Below, piece after piece: positions 25,475 through 33,343 of a stretch of DNA of 55,037 bases. The stretch lies in the NCBI GenBank assembly GCA_016207285.1, contig JACQPW010000033.1, positions 1 to 55,037 on the forward strand, read 5' to 3'. This DNA is from Candidatus Kerfeldbacteria bacterium. Its GTDB lineage: Bacteria > Patescibacteriota > Patescibacteriia > UBA9570. Position numbers and translations under genes: made by a program. Under the pieces are notes generated by a model. That model was not told the DNA's origin. It searched no databases and saw only the letters and a program-made list of their open reading frames with translations. Position 1 is the stretch's first letter. Each line of letters opens with the position of its first letter.

Positions 25475-27652
25475 TATCTTGGAGGTCGCTTTGGAATATT
25501 CTCGGCGATCTTTAGCGCTCGGTTTCCAGGTAGCTTTCAATTTGGTGCCGTCCGCCACGTTCACCTGCAAACTGGCCCGGCCTTTAGAGTTGGTGCGTAC
25601 AGAATCAATTTTTTTCCACTCACCGGATTTTTTACGATACACTTTAACGGTTTTATGTTTCAGATTCTTAGCTGTGGCGGCATCACGTAACCTGATTGAA
25701 ACATTTTTTTGATTTTTTTCCGTCAATCTCAATTTGGCACGTGATTTAATGTCGAAGACACCGCGGTCGTTACCGGCCATCAGTCCATCAAAGAACATGG
25801 CGTAAAAGTTTTCTTGTTTCAGGCCTTCGTACCATTCGCCCCAGGTGTCACCACCGTCACTCGATTTATAGACCGTGCCGTTTAGGCTGCTGCCATCCTG
25901 ACCAGTGACATAGAGCGTAATAGGACTGGTGGTGGTCTGTGGAGTTAACGTATCCAAATTATTGGCATCTTCGATAGTAATTTCCGTCCAGGTGCTGCCG
26001 CTGTCCGTTGATTTCCACAGGCCTTCTGGAGTGGTTACCAGCAATACAGTATCGTTGTCTGGGTGAACTAATAAGCTTGTGATGATTTGTCCTGAGACAT
26101 CACCACTGACCTCGCTCCAACTGCTGCCGTTATAGGTGTACACGCCAGGAGCAGACGCATCTCCATCCACCCCAACATACAGGGTATCGTCAGACGCAAT
26201 CGACATGGATGTAGCCGGAAAATCGTTGGTAAAGCCCAAATCAGTCCAGGTTTGGCCAGCATCTGTACTCATAAACACTGCGCCGTTGTCATCGCCCGTT
26301 AAATCATAGTTACCAATCGCTGCATACAACGTGTTGTCATCAATGCGTGACTGCACGATTTCGTAAGCCTGACCCTGAAACTCGGGAGCTGAGGCAGTAG
26401 ACCAGGTATCGCCACCATCAGTGCTATACGCCAGATTTTCTCCACTACCAGATACAACTACATTGGCATCATCTGGATTGACCCAGACCCCATGCACATT
26501 ATTAGTACTGCCAGCTGGCAAAATAGGATACTCCCAGGTGGGCTCATCAGCATCGAAGTTTTCCGTTTTCGCTAAGCCACCATTCGCGCCCAGCCAGACG
26601 GTCACTTTATCACTGGTTTGGGTAATATCATACACTTTGACTGACGCCACGCCATCCACAATATCTGTCCAGGTGGCGGTGCGGTCAGTACTCTTGGCTG
26701 GCCCCATACTGCTATTATTGAAGACCACATTCTCATCTTCCGGATCAACGGCTATTAAATCTGCATAAATGCTCGACAGGGGAGTATCACTGCCATAATC
26801 TGTCCAGGTTGGTGAGCTAACGGTCGGGTTATCGGTGTACATAAATCCAACATATAACCGGCCAGTCGTATCAAAGGCTAACCCACTGCCACTATCAATG
26901 GCAGTCCAGTTGTCACCACCATCTGTAGTGATGTAATTGGTGCTGGTAGCCACTCCTGAAGTGGTGGCGAAATTATCACCATCAGTTGGGTTGACCGCTA
27001 CTTTCCACAAACTTGTACCTTCAGCCATGCCGTTATTGGTGACTTCCAGGTCAGTCCACGTTTCACCACCATCCGTGCTTTGCCACAAAGCTTCTTGGTC
27101 AACAATGGCGTAGAAGACATCGGTATCTGGGGAAGCGGCTAAATAACTCATGTCGGCACCTTCAGAAACCGTGAACAGATCGAATGTTTCACCACTATCT
27201 GTGCTTATACCAACCTGTCCGTTACCTGCGTCTACTACTAGGCGATTATGTGCACTTACGAGTACACTACCGACCGTCCCTGCAAGGTTAGGACTGATGT
27301 CTTCCCAAGTTGTCCCTTGATCTGTTGTGCGCAGCAAGCTATCACCAATCAAGGCAAAAGCCGTACCGCTCGTTGGGTCAACTTCTACTGCCGCCCCATT
27401 CCCGTAATTGACGTCACTGGGAAGACCAGACCAGGATTCTCCCAAATCAGCCGACACAAATAACCCATTAGGGGAAAATGTGATCATGTATGCCGTATCG
27501 CTCAGTGGATCAAGGGCGAAATCAGCCGCTTGACCACCATACAAGCCAAGGTTAGTGGCGATGGCCGTATTTTGGGTGTCTACTTCTTGAGCGGTCGTTA
27601 CAACACCTAGGGTTAGACCTAGTAAGGTAGTAAGATAAATCCGTTTGAACAT
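25457..27652 (-). CDS. secreted BNR/Asp-box repeat double beta-propeller protein with Lys-rich C-terminal domain
   Basis: 731 aa with signal peptide MFKRIYLTTLLGLTLGVVTTAQ. At least 10 S-x-D-x-G-x-T-W Asp-boxes (STDGGETWTD, TTDGGDNWTA, STDGGDTWST, STDAGQTWTD, STDSGSTWTE, SSDGGDTWGE ...). Its 3' end overlaps cobO by 18 nt, in convergent orientation. Confidence 0.8.
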   Translation of the reverse strand: MFKRIYLTTLLGLTLGVVTTAQEVDTQNTAIATNLGLYGGQAADFALDPLSDTAYMITFSPNGLFVSADLGESWSGLPSDVNYGNGAAVEVDPTSGTAFALIGDSLLRTTDQGTTWEDISPNLAGTVGSVLVSAHNRLVVDAGNGQVGISTDSGETFDLFTVSEGADMSYLAASPDTDVFYAIVDQEALWQSTDGGETWTDLEVTNNGMAEGTSLWKVAVNPTDGDNFATTSGVATSTNYITTDGGDNWTAIDSGSGLAFDTTGRLYVGFMYTDNPTVSSPTWTDYGSDTPLSSIYADLIAVDPEDENVVFNNSSMGPAKSTDRTATWTDIVDGVASVKVYDITQTSDKVTVWLGANGGLAKTENFDADEPTWEYPILPAGSTNNVHGVWVNPDDANVVVSGSGENLAYSTDGGDTWSTASAPEFQGQAYEIVQSRIDDNTLYAAIGNYDLTGDDNGAVFMSTDAGQTWTDLGFTNDFPATSMSIASDDTLYVGVDGDASAPGVYTYNGSSWSEVSGDVSGQIITSLLVHPDNDTVLLVTTPEGLWKSTDSGSTWTEITIEDANNLDTLTPQTTTSPITLYVTGQDGSSLNGTVYKSSDGGDTWGEWYEGLKQENFYAMFFDGLMAGNDRGVFDIKSRAKLRLTEKNQKNVSIRLRDAATAKNLKHKTVKVYRKKSGEWKKIDSVRTNSKGRASLQVNVADGTKLKATWKPSAKDRREYSKATSKILKFNS

Positions 27653-27740
27653 AGTACTTCCCAGCTAATACTTAATTAGCCTAATGATACCCTTTTTTTA
27701 GACTTATCCACAAGTCTAGGTGTACTACCCTCCCTACCCA

Positions 27741-27788
27741 ACACAACCTATTGTGGTATAATGTAACTTCTAACACAATATATAGAAA
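27741..27788 (+). promoter_or_regulatory. two NrdR boxes flanking the nrdJ promoter
   Basis: Box 1 is ACACAACCTATTGTGG (27741-27756), palindromic ACACAA/TTGTG. Box 2 is ACACAATATATAGAAA (27773-27788). The centres are ~32 bp apart. An extended -10, TGGTATAAT (27754-27762), lies between them, 31 nt upstream of the nrdJ ATG. Confidence 0.7.
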
Positions 27789-27793
27789 ATCGT

Positions 27794-30127
27794 ATGTATA
27801 AGCTCGAAGGCCTCGCTAAAGATGTATTTTTTGATCGCTACACCCTGAAGGATGCAGCCGGTAAGCGAATGGAAGATACTCCAGAACAAATGTGGCACCG
27901 GGTAGCCAAGGCCATTGCGAATGTCGAGAAGACCGACGCGCGCAAACAAGAGTGGGAAGAGAAGTTCTATAGTGTGTTAGAAAACTTTGATTTTGTCCCC
28001 GGTGGTCGTATTTTAACCGGTGCTGGCTCCGGCGTACCGTTAACCTTGTATAACTGTTTCGTCATTCCATCACCAGAAGATAATCGCGGTGGTATCTTGG
28101 ATAGTGTTAAATTAATGGTGGAAATCATGAGCCGCGGTGGTGGTGTGGGTGTTAATTTATCTTCGATTCGTCCCCGTGGTGCGTATGTAAAAGGTGTGAA
28201 TGGTACCGCTTCGGGTGCAGTGTCGTTTGGTGCGCTCTATTCCTTTGCTACCGGTTTAATCATTCAAGGCGGCTCACGCCGTGGCGCCTTAATGTTGATG
28301 TTAGATGTTGATCATCCAGATGTGATGGAGTTTATCACCGTCAAACGTACCATGGGTCAGATTACGAATGCCAATTTGTCGATCTGTATTTCGGATGCCT
28401 TCATGGAGGCGGTCAAAAAGGATGCTGATTGGGACTTGCAGTGGAAAGGTAAAGTCTATAAAACGGTCAAAGCGAAAGCCATTTGGGATTTAGTCTGTGA
28501 GTCGGCTTGGGCGGCTGGCGAACCAGGGTTGATGTTTAAGGAACGCTACAATAAAGAATCGAACTCTTGGTACTTTGAAGATATTATTGCGACTAACCCC
28601 TGTGGTGAACAAGGTTTGCCAGCCTGGGGCGTGTGTAACTTGGGCGCGATTAATGTGTCTAACTTCGTGAAGGAAGACCGTACTTTTGATTATGAGCGGT
28701 TAGGTAAAGTCTCCAGAATTTGCATGCGCTTCTTAGACAACGTAGTGGACACGACCGATTATTTCTTCCCAGAAAACGAAGCTGCCCAACGGCGGATTCG
28801 TCGTACCGGCCTGGGCACGATGGGATTGGCCGATGCCTTGATTAAGATGCAAGTGCGTTATGGCAGTGATGAATCGGTCAAGATTGTTGAAAAAATGCAC
28901 GAAACCATTCGCGATGAAGCGTATATCGCCAGTTCTGAAATTGCTGCTGAAAAAGGACCGTTCCCAGCTTTTGAGAAAGAGAAATACTTACAGGGGCACT
29001 TTATCAAACGCTTACCACAAGCAGTGCAGGAGATGATTGGCAAACAGGGGATTCGTAATGGTGTTTTGCTGACGCAAGCGCCGACGGGTACCACTAGTAT
29101 TTTGGCGGGAGCTAGTTCTGGCATTGAACCAGTGTATGATTTTGCTTTCCAACGTAAGGATCGTTTAGGCGTGCATACCGTGTATCATACTTTATTCAAA
29201 GCTTGGAAAGACGCGCATCCAGACGAGACTACTATCCCAGACTATTTTGTGAATGCTAAGATCCTGACTCCAGAAGAACATGTGCGGATGCAAGCCGCTA
29301 TTCAGCATTATGTGGATTCTAGTATCAGTAAAACAGTCAATGCTCCCAATGATCATACCCAAGAGCAAGTGCAAGAATTGTATATGAAGGCGTATGATCT
29401 TGGCTGCAAAGGCGTGACCTATTTCCGTGATGGTTCCCGCAATGAATCGGTCTTAACCAGTTTGGATGATGTCAAGAAAGAATCTGCTGCGCCGAAGGCT
29501 GCGCAGGATTCTAAAGAGAAAGAGACAGTCATTTCACCGCGCTTACGTCCAGAACGGGTGGCTGGTATTACCTATAAAATTAAAACCGGCTATGGCACGA
29601 TGTTTGTGACGGTGAACCATGATGAAGAGGGGAAACCATTTGAAGTATTTGCCACCATCGGTAAAGCCGGCGGGGTGTTTGCGGAAGAATCAGAAGCGAT
29701 TTGTCGTTTAGTCTCCTTAGCCTTACGGGCGCGCATCCCACTGCAAACCGTTATTGAACAGATTAAAGGGATTCGTGGACCGATGCCGATCTTTGGTAAG
29801 AATGGGATGATCTTATCGATTCCAGATGCCATTGGCCAAGTGTTAGGGCAACATATGCAAGATGTCGAAGCTAAACAAACTCCAGCGCAACAGGCCGCCG
29901 AACGTGAGAAAGAAGTCGTGATGATGAAAGATCAAGCGGAAGAGATGGTGCAAACGACCTTAACGGAAACGGTGAAAAAAGCGGAATCGAAGTATAAGCT
30001 GATTGAAGCCTCGTCATCAGTTGCCAACTTGGGCTTCTCTCCAGAATGCCCTGAATGCAGCAGCATCATGGCGATGGCCGAAGGTTGTCTGACCTGCTTC
30101 TCCTGCGGCTATTCTAAGTGTACGTAA
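27794..30127 (+). CDS. nrdJ: adenosylcobalamin-dependent (class II) ribonucleotide reductase
   Basis: 777 aa. RNR active-site region TNPCGEQGLP and SISKTVN. Cys-rich C-terminal tail CPECSSIMAMAEGCLTCFSCGYSKC. Preceded by NrdR boxes, with cobO nearby. Confidence 0.9.
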   Translation: MYKLEGLAKDVFFDRYTLKDAAGKRMEDTPEQMWHRVAKAIANVEKTDARKQEWEEKFYSVLENFDFVPGGRILTGAGSGVPLTLYNCFVIPSPEDNRGGILDSVKLMVEIMSRGGGVGVNLSSIRPRGAYVKGVNGTASGAVSFGALYSFATGLIIQGGSRRGALMLMLDVDHPDVMEFITVKRTMGQITNANLSICISDAFMEAVKKDADWDLQWKGKVYKTVKAKAIWDLVCESAWAAGEPGLMFKERYNKESNSWYFEDIIATNPCGEQGLPAWGVCNLGAINVSNFVKEDRTFDYERLGKVSRICMRFLDNVVDTTDYFFPENEAAQRRIRRTGLGTMGLADALIKMQVRYGSDESVKIVEKMHETIRDEAYIASSEIAAEKGPFPAFEKEKYLQGHFIKRLPQAVQEMIGKQGIRNGVLLTQAPTGTTSILAGASSGIEPVYDFAFQRKDRLGVHTVYHTLFKAWKDAHPDETTIPDYFVNAKILTPEEHVRMQAAIQHYVDSSISKTVNAPNDHTQEQVQELYMKAYDLGCKGVTYFRDGSRNESVLTSLDDVKKESAAPKAAQDSKEKETVISPRLRPERVAGITYKIKTGYGTMFVTVNHDEEGKPFEVFATIGKAGGVFAEESEAICRLVSLALRARIPLQTVIEQIKGIRGPMPIFGKNGMILSIPDAIGQVLGQHMQDVEAKQTPAQQAAEREKEVVMMKDQAEEMVQTTLTETVKKAESKYKLIEASSSVANLGFSPECPECSSIMAMAEGCLTCFSCGYSKCT

Positions 30128-30148
30128 CACAACCACACCTTCCCCCTA

Positions 30149-30173
30149 CCCCCTTCCTATCTCAGGAAGGGGG
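30149..30173. repeat. C5/G5-tract hairpin element
   Basis: CCCCCTTCC-TATCTCA-GGAAGGGGG, a 9-bp stem between nrdJ and the next gene with no T tract. It resembles the core of the palindrome at 38360-38479. Confidence 0.45.
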
Positions 30174-30188
30174 TGCTATGATTCGTGC

Positions 30189-30767
30189 ATGAAAAATGTG
30201 TTCAATAAAAAAAATATCCTCACAGCCATCGCGTTGTTAGCTATCGGCATCCTTGGCCGCTTAGCGTTAGAAGCTTACCCGAATGTGGAAACTTTAACAG
30301 CGGTGTCGATTATTGCCGGTGCTTTATTAGGGCCTTACCTGGGCTTGGCGGTGGCGTTATTTAGTGTGGTGGGTTCAGATATGGTGATTGGTAACACTAA
30401 CATTTTGCTCTACACCTGGACTGCTTGGGCGGTGATTGGGGTTGGTAGTGCGTGGCTGAAACGCAAACAACGTGGACAACTACAGGTGTGGTTAGACAGT
30501 TTAAAGTTCACTGGCTTTGGCGTAGTGACTACGTTGTTTTTTTACGCCTGGACGAATTTTGGTGTCTGGCATTTGAGCGGTATGTATCTCCATACCTGGG
30601 ACGGTTTAATGCTGTCCTACTACAACGGCTTACCGTTTCTACGTAATCAATTACTGGGTAATTTGTTGATTGTACCGGTGTTATCCGTGGCAACATTGTC
30701 GGTGTTGAAATATGTACCGGTGTTCTTACAGCAGAGAGTCCAACAGCGCCAGTCCGTTAAGATATAA
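30189..30767 (+). CDS. multi-pass membrane protein, DUF6580-like putative vitamin transporter (solitary ECF-S-like)
   Basis: 192 aa with ~6 TM helices. The pattern YPNVETLTAVSIIAGALLG ... GSDMVIGN ... FFYAWTNFGVW...Y..TWDGLMLSYYNGLPFLRNQLLGNL is recalled as DUF6580-like. The family assignment is from memory and needs an HMM check. Confidence 0.55.
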   Translation: MKNVFNKKNILTAIALLAIGILGRLALEAYPNVETLTAVSIIAGALLGPYLGLAVALFSVVGSDMVIGNTNILLYTWTAWAVIGVGSAWLKRKQRGQLQVWLDSLKFTGFGVVTTLFFYAWTNFGVWHLSGMYLHTWDGLMLSYYNGLPFLRNQLLGNLLIVPVLSVATLSVLKYVPVFLQQRVQQRQSVKI

Positions 30768-30864
30768 TGCATTGACAAAAGTGGTTTAAGCTGGTAAAGA
30801 GAGGCCAGCTCTTTGAGCTTGAGCAGGTCTTGCTCTGCCCCCAACTCACTTTCCCCGGTGACCA

Positions 30865-31011
30865 ATGTCCTCCTTCCTCGCTTTTCTGACGGACTTCTGG
30901 GTTATCCCATTTGCGCTGATTAGCTTCGGTCTCATCCTCCTGCGGATCCGCTACCACATGCGCACTCCAGGCAAGTCAGGCGAACCGCCTCCTGACCACG
31001 AGGATTCCTAA
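30865..31011 (+). CDS. possible 48-aa single-TM small protein
   Basis: ATG 30865 to TAA 31011, below the ORF-track cutoff: MSSFLAFLTDFWVIPFALISFGLILLRIRYHMRTPGKSGEPPPDHEDS. A hydrophobic helix plus a charged tail, with strongly C-ending codons unlike neighbouring genes. The SD is weak (GGTGA). Confidence 0.25.
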   Translation: MSSFLAFLTDFWVIPFALISFGLILLRIRYHMRTPGKSGEPPPDHEDS

Positions 31012-31182
31012 CCGCAGCTGGTCTGGCTGGAACTTTCGTAGTTGATGTTCGTGGTGTGCACAGACCTGCTCACCACCCTTGAATTGATTAACCATAATCA
31101 GTTGGAGGGTGGACAAAGCTACCGAATCGTGCTACGGTTTTGGCTCTTAGTAGTCTTTATATAACTAGTAATCATCAACTTT

Positions 31183-31662
31183 ATGTTCAAACGTACCCTG
31201 ACGATCGCCATTGTTTCCACCTTATCAGTGATGAGTGTGGTAATGACTGCCCAAGCGGTCACTAGTTTGATTACCGGCAACAACAACCTCCGTCTGTACG
31301 GTGAAGCTTTTAACCCCAAGGGTTACTTTACGGTGGCTGACGATATGGTTATTACGGAAAAACTCAACGTCAAAGGGGATGTGTCCGATAGCAAAGGCAA
31401 TCTCACTTTGAACGATACGGTAGCGGTCACTGGTGATCTCTATGTCGAAGGCAACGCTGAAGTAAAAGGGGAGTTATACAATTCAAACGATGTGGTGACC
31501 GTCAATGATGATCTGTATGTGGGTGGACTATTCTCGATGAATTCAATCGAGACTCCTACGACTAGTACGTGCGAAACCAATGGCGGGTTATCCTATGATG
31601 CTAGTTATCTCTATCTATGTGTTGACGGTACGTGGAAGAAAGTAGCGTTGCAAAGCCTGTAA
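31183..31662 (+). CDS. secreted hypothetical protein
   Basis: 159 aa. Signal peptide IAIVSTLSVMSVVMTAQA, beta-rich repeats (GDVSDSKGNLTLNDTVAVTGDLYVEGNAEVKGELY) and a C-terminal GGLSYDASYLYLCVDGTWKKVAL. Confidence 0.5.
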   Translation: MFKRTLTIAIVSTLSVMSVVMTAQAVTSLITGNNNLRLYGEAFNPKGYFTVADDMVITEKLNVKGDVSDSKGNLTLNDTVAVTGDLYVEGNAEVKGELYNSNDVVTVNDDLYVGGLFSMNSIETPTTSTCETNGGLSYDASYLYLCVDGTWKKVALQSL

Positions 31663-31895
31663 TGGAAATCAGCAAAGACAGTTTAATTGGAGAAGTGTTA
31701 CTGGAATATCCTGAAGCCCAGGAAGTAATGTTGAAATACTTTGGTGAACAGGTAGCCTGTGTGATGTGTCCTGGTCAAGCCTTTGATACCTTTGCTATGA
31801 TCGCTGAATTACACGGCATCGAAGAGGATGTTGTGGAAGCGATGTTAGTGGAGATGCGTACTGTCGTGGCTGAGATCGAAGCGGAACGGAAATAA
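31662..31895 (+). CDS. DUF1858-domain small protein
   Basis: The start is taken at ATG 31662, which overlaps the upstream TAA (TAATG). IGEVLLEYPEAQEVMLKYFGEQVACVMCPGQAFDTFAMIAELHGIEEDVV fits the DUF1858 C-x-x-C pattern. Confidence 0.6.
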   Translation: MEISKDSLIGEVLLEYPEAQEVMLKYFGEQVACVMCPGQAFDTFAMIAELHGIEEDVVEAMLVEMRTVVAEIEAERK

Positions 31896-31896
31896 A

Positions 31897-33213
31897 TTAC
31901 AAGATCGGTAAGTATTTATCAATCTCGTATTGATGTACTTGGCGGCGATACTCGTTCCATTCGTGTACTTTATTGGCAATCAGCTTGGTGTGGACTTCCT
32001 CGCCTAAGGCTTCTTTGAGTAGACTGCTACCCTTGGCCAACTCAATGGCTTCCCGCAAACTGCCGGGTAAAGCGGTGATACCCTGCTTAGTCATCTCGGC
32101 ATCCGACATTTCATAAATATCAGCTTCGGTGGCTGGGCTGAGTTTATAATTCTCTGTGATGCCCTTGAGACCAGCGCGTAACATGACGGCAAAGGTTAAA
32201 TAAGGGTTAGCGGCTGGGTCTGGGCAGCGTAGTTCAATGCGAGTGGCATTGGCTTCACCGCGAGTCAATGGGATGCGAATTAAAGCCGAGCGATTGCGGC
32301 GACCCCAGGCTAAGTAGGCCGGGGCTTCAAAGCCGGGCACTAACCGCTTGTATGAGTTCACATATTGGTTAGTGACTATAACAATTTCTGGCATATGTTT
32401 AAGGACACCGGCGACATATGATTTCGCGATAGCCGATAAACCGTATTCGTCATTGCCTTCATGAAACATATTAATGCCATCTTTCCACAAACTTTGGTGG
32501 ACATGCATGCCACTACCATTTTCGCTAAAGATGGGTTTGGGCATGAAGGTGGCGTAGGCTCCATTTGAGCTCGCAATCTCTTTCACTACGTACTTATACG
32601 TCATAACGATATCACCCATGGTCAACGCATCACTATATTTCATGTTGATCTCTTGTTGGGAGGCGGCGACTTCATGATGACCACGTTCGACACTGTAGCC
32701 GAGCTTTTCCAATGCTTCTACGGTGCGTTCACGGAGAATCGTACCTTCGTGCATGGTGATTTGGTCAAAATAACCAGCTTTATCTAAGCCTTCGGTAGCG
32801 GTTTTGGACTTGAAATAAAAATACTCTAATTCTGGGCCAACAAAGTAGTCGTAGCCAAGCGACTTAGCGTAATCGACATTACGGGCCAGGACGTTGCGTG
32901 GGTCACTGTGGTAAGGGTTGCCTTGGGCATCGAACACCCGACACATGAAGCGAGCAATTTTGTGGACGTCGGCTTGTAAGGGAATGATCGCAAAAGACTC
33001 TAAAACCGGTTTTAAGACCAGGTCGCTTTCTTCAATCCGGGCAAACCCATCAATGGAAGAACCATCAAAGAAAGTGCCTTCCTCAAGATAGCGTTCTAAA
33101 CGTTGTACCGGGAAGGTGATCCCTTTCAGTTGACCTAATACGTCGGTGAACCAAAAACCGACCATCGTAACTCCTTCGGCCTTCACTTTGGCCATGATCT
33201 CTGCCTTTGTCAT
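31897..33213 (-). CDS. glnA: glutamine synthetase, type I
   Basis: 438 aa. The N-terminal beta-grasp (FWFTDVLGQLKGITFP...FDGSSIDGFARIEESD) and catalytic-domain motifs (GSGMHVHQSLW, NSYKRLVPGFEAP) align by eye with GSI-alpha enzymes. Confidence 0.92.
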   Translation of the reverse strand: MTKAEIMAKVKAEGVTMVGFWFTDVLGQLKGITFPVQRLERYLEEGTFFDGSSIDGFARIEESDLVLKPVLESFAIIPLQADVHKIARFMCRVFDAQGNPYHSDPRNVLARNVDYAKSLGYDYFVGPELEYFYFKSKTATEGLDKAGYFDQITMHEGTILRERTVEALEKLGYSVERGHHEVAASQQEINMKYSDALTMGDIVMTYKYVVKEIASSNGAYATFMPKPIFSENGSGMHVHQSLWKDGINMFHEGNDEYGLSAIAKSYVAGVLKHMPEIVIVTNQYVNSYKRLVPGFEAPAYLAWGRRNRSALIRIPLTRGEANATRIELRCPDPAANPYLTFAVMLRAGLKGITENYKLSPATEADIYEMSDAEMTKQGITALPGSLREAIELAKGSSLLKEALGEEVHTKLIANKVHEWNEYRRQVHQYEIDKYLPIL

Positions 33214-33237
33214 GTGGGTGATACGTTACTAATAAAG

Positions 33238-33309
33238 AAAAAATCTTCGCCCCCGTATACGACGAGAGTGAAGACAGCGTTGTCTTGCAATGGGTGTACG
33301 ACATTGTAC
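33238..33309 (-). promoter_or_regulatory. glnA leader: two hexaloop hairpins (ANTAR-target-like) overlapping an intrinsic terminator
   Basis: On the - strand RNA, P1 is GUAC-AAUGUC-GUAC (33309-33296) and P2 is AGAC-AACGCU-GUCU (within 33286-33271). Both hexaloops have A1 and G4. The terminator is UCUUC-A-CUCUC-[GUCGUAUAC]-GGGGG-C-GAAGA-U6 (33274-33238). Its 5' arm shares 4 nt with the 3' arm of P2. Confidence 0.55.
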
Positions 33310-33315
33310 CTAGGT

Positions 33316-33343
33316 AGTATAACGGGTTAGCTGGTTTTGTCAA
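33316..33343 (-). promoter_or_regulatory. strong sigma70-like promoter for glnA
   Basis: On the - strand: TTGACA (33343-33338), 16-nt spacer, TATACT (33321-33316). The predicted TSS at ~33309 coincides with the first base of hairpin P1. Confidence 0.6.

Noticed and set aside
25431-25712. 93-aa + strand ORF downstream of cobO
   Set aside because: It is antisense to the 3' end of the BNR gene, with no start context or recognisable composition.
27700-27718. Hairpin AGACTT-ATCCACA-AAGTCT, preceded by T7, in the BNR/nrdJ divergent region as a terminator
   Set aside because: The T run lies on the wrong side of the stem for a + strand terminator, and an A run follows the stem on the - strand. No gene ends here. 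It may be an operator, but the evidence is insufficient.
30770-31180. Possible tmRNA, SRP (4.5S) RNA or 6S RNA in the GC-elevated spacer
   Set aside because: There is no tRNA-like acceptor or T-arm end (GGxTTCGAxTCC...CCA). There is no SRP domain-IV GGAA tetraloop closed by the conserved helix; only a loose GGAAGGAGGAC match occurs on the - strand. The identity of the region is left open.
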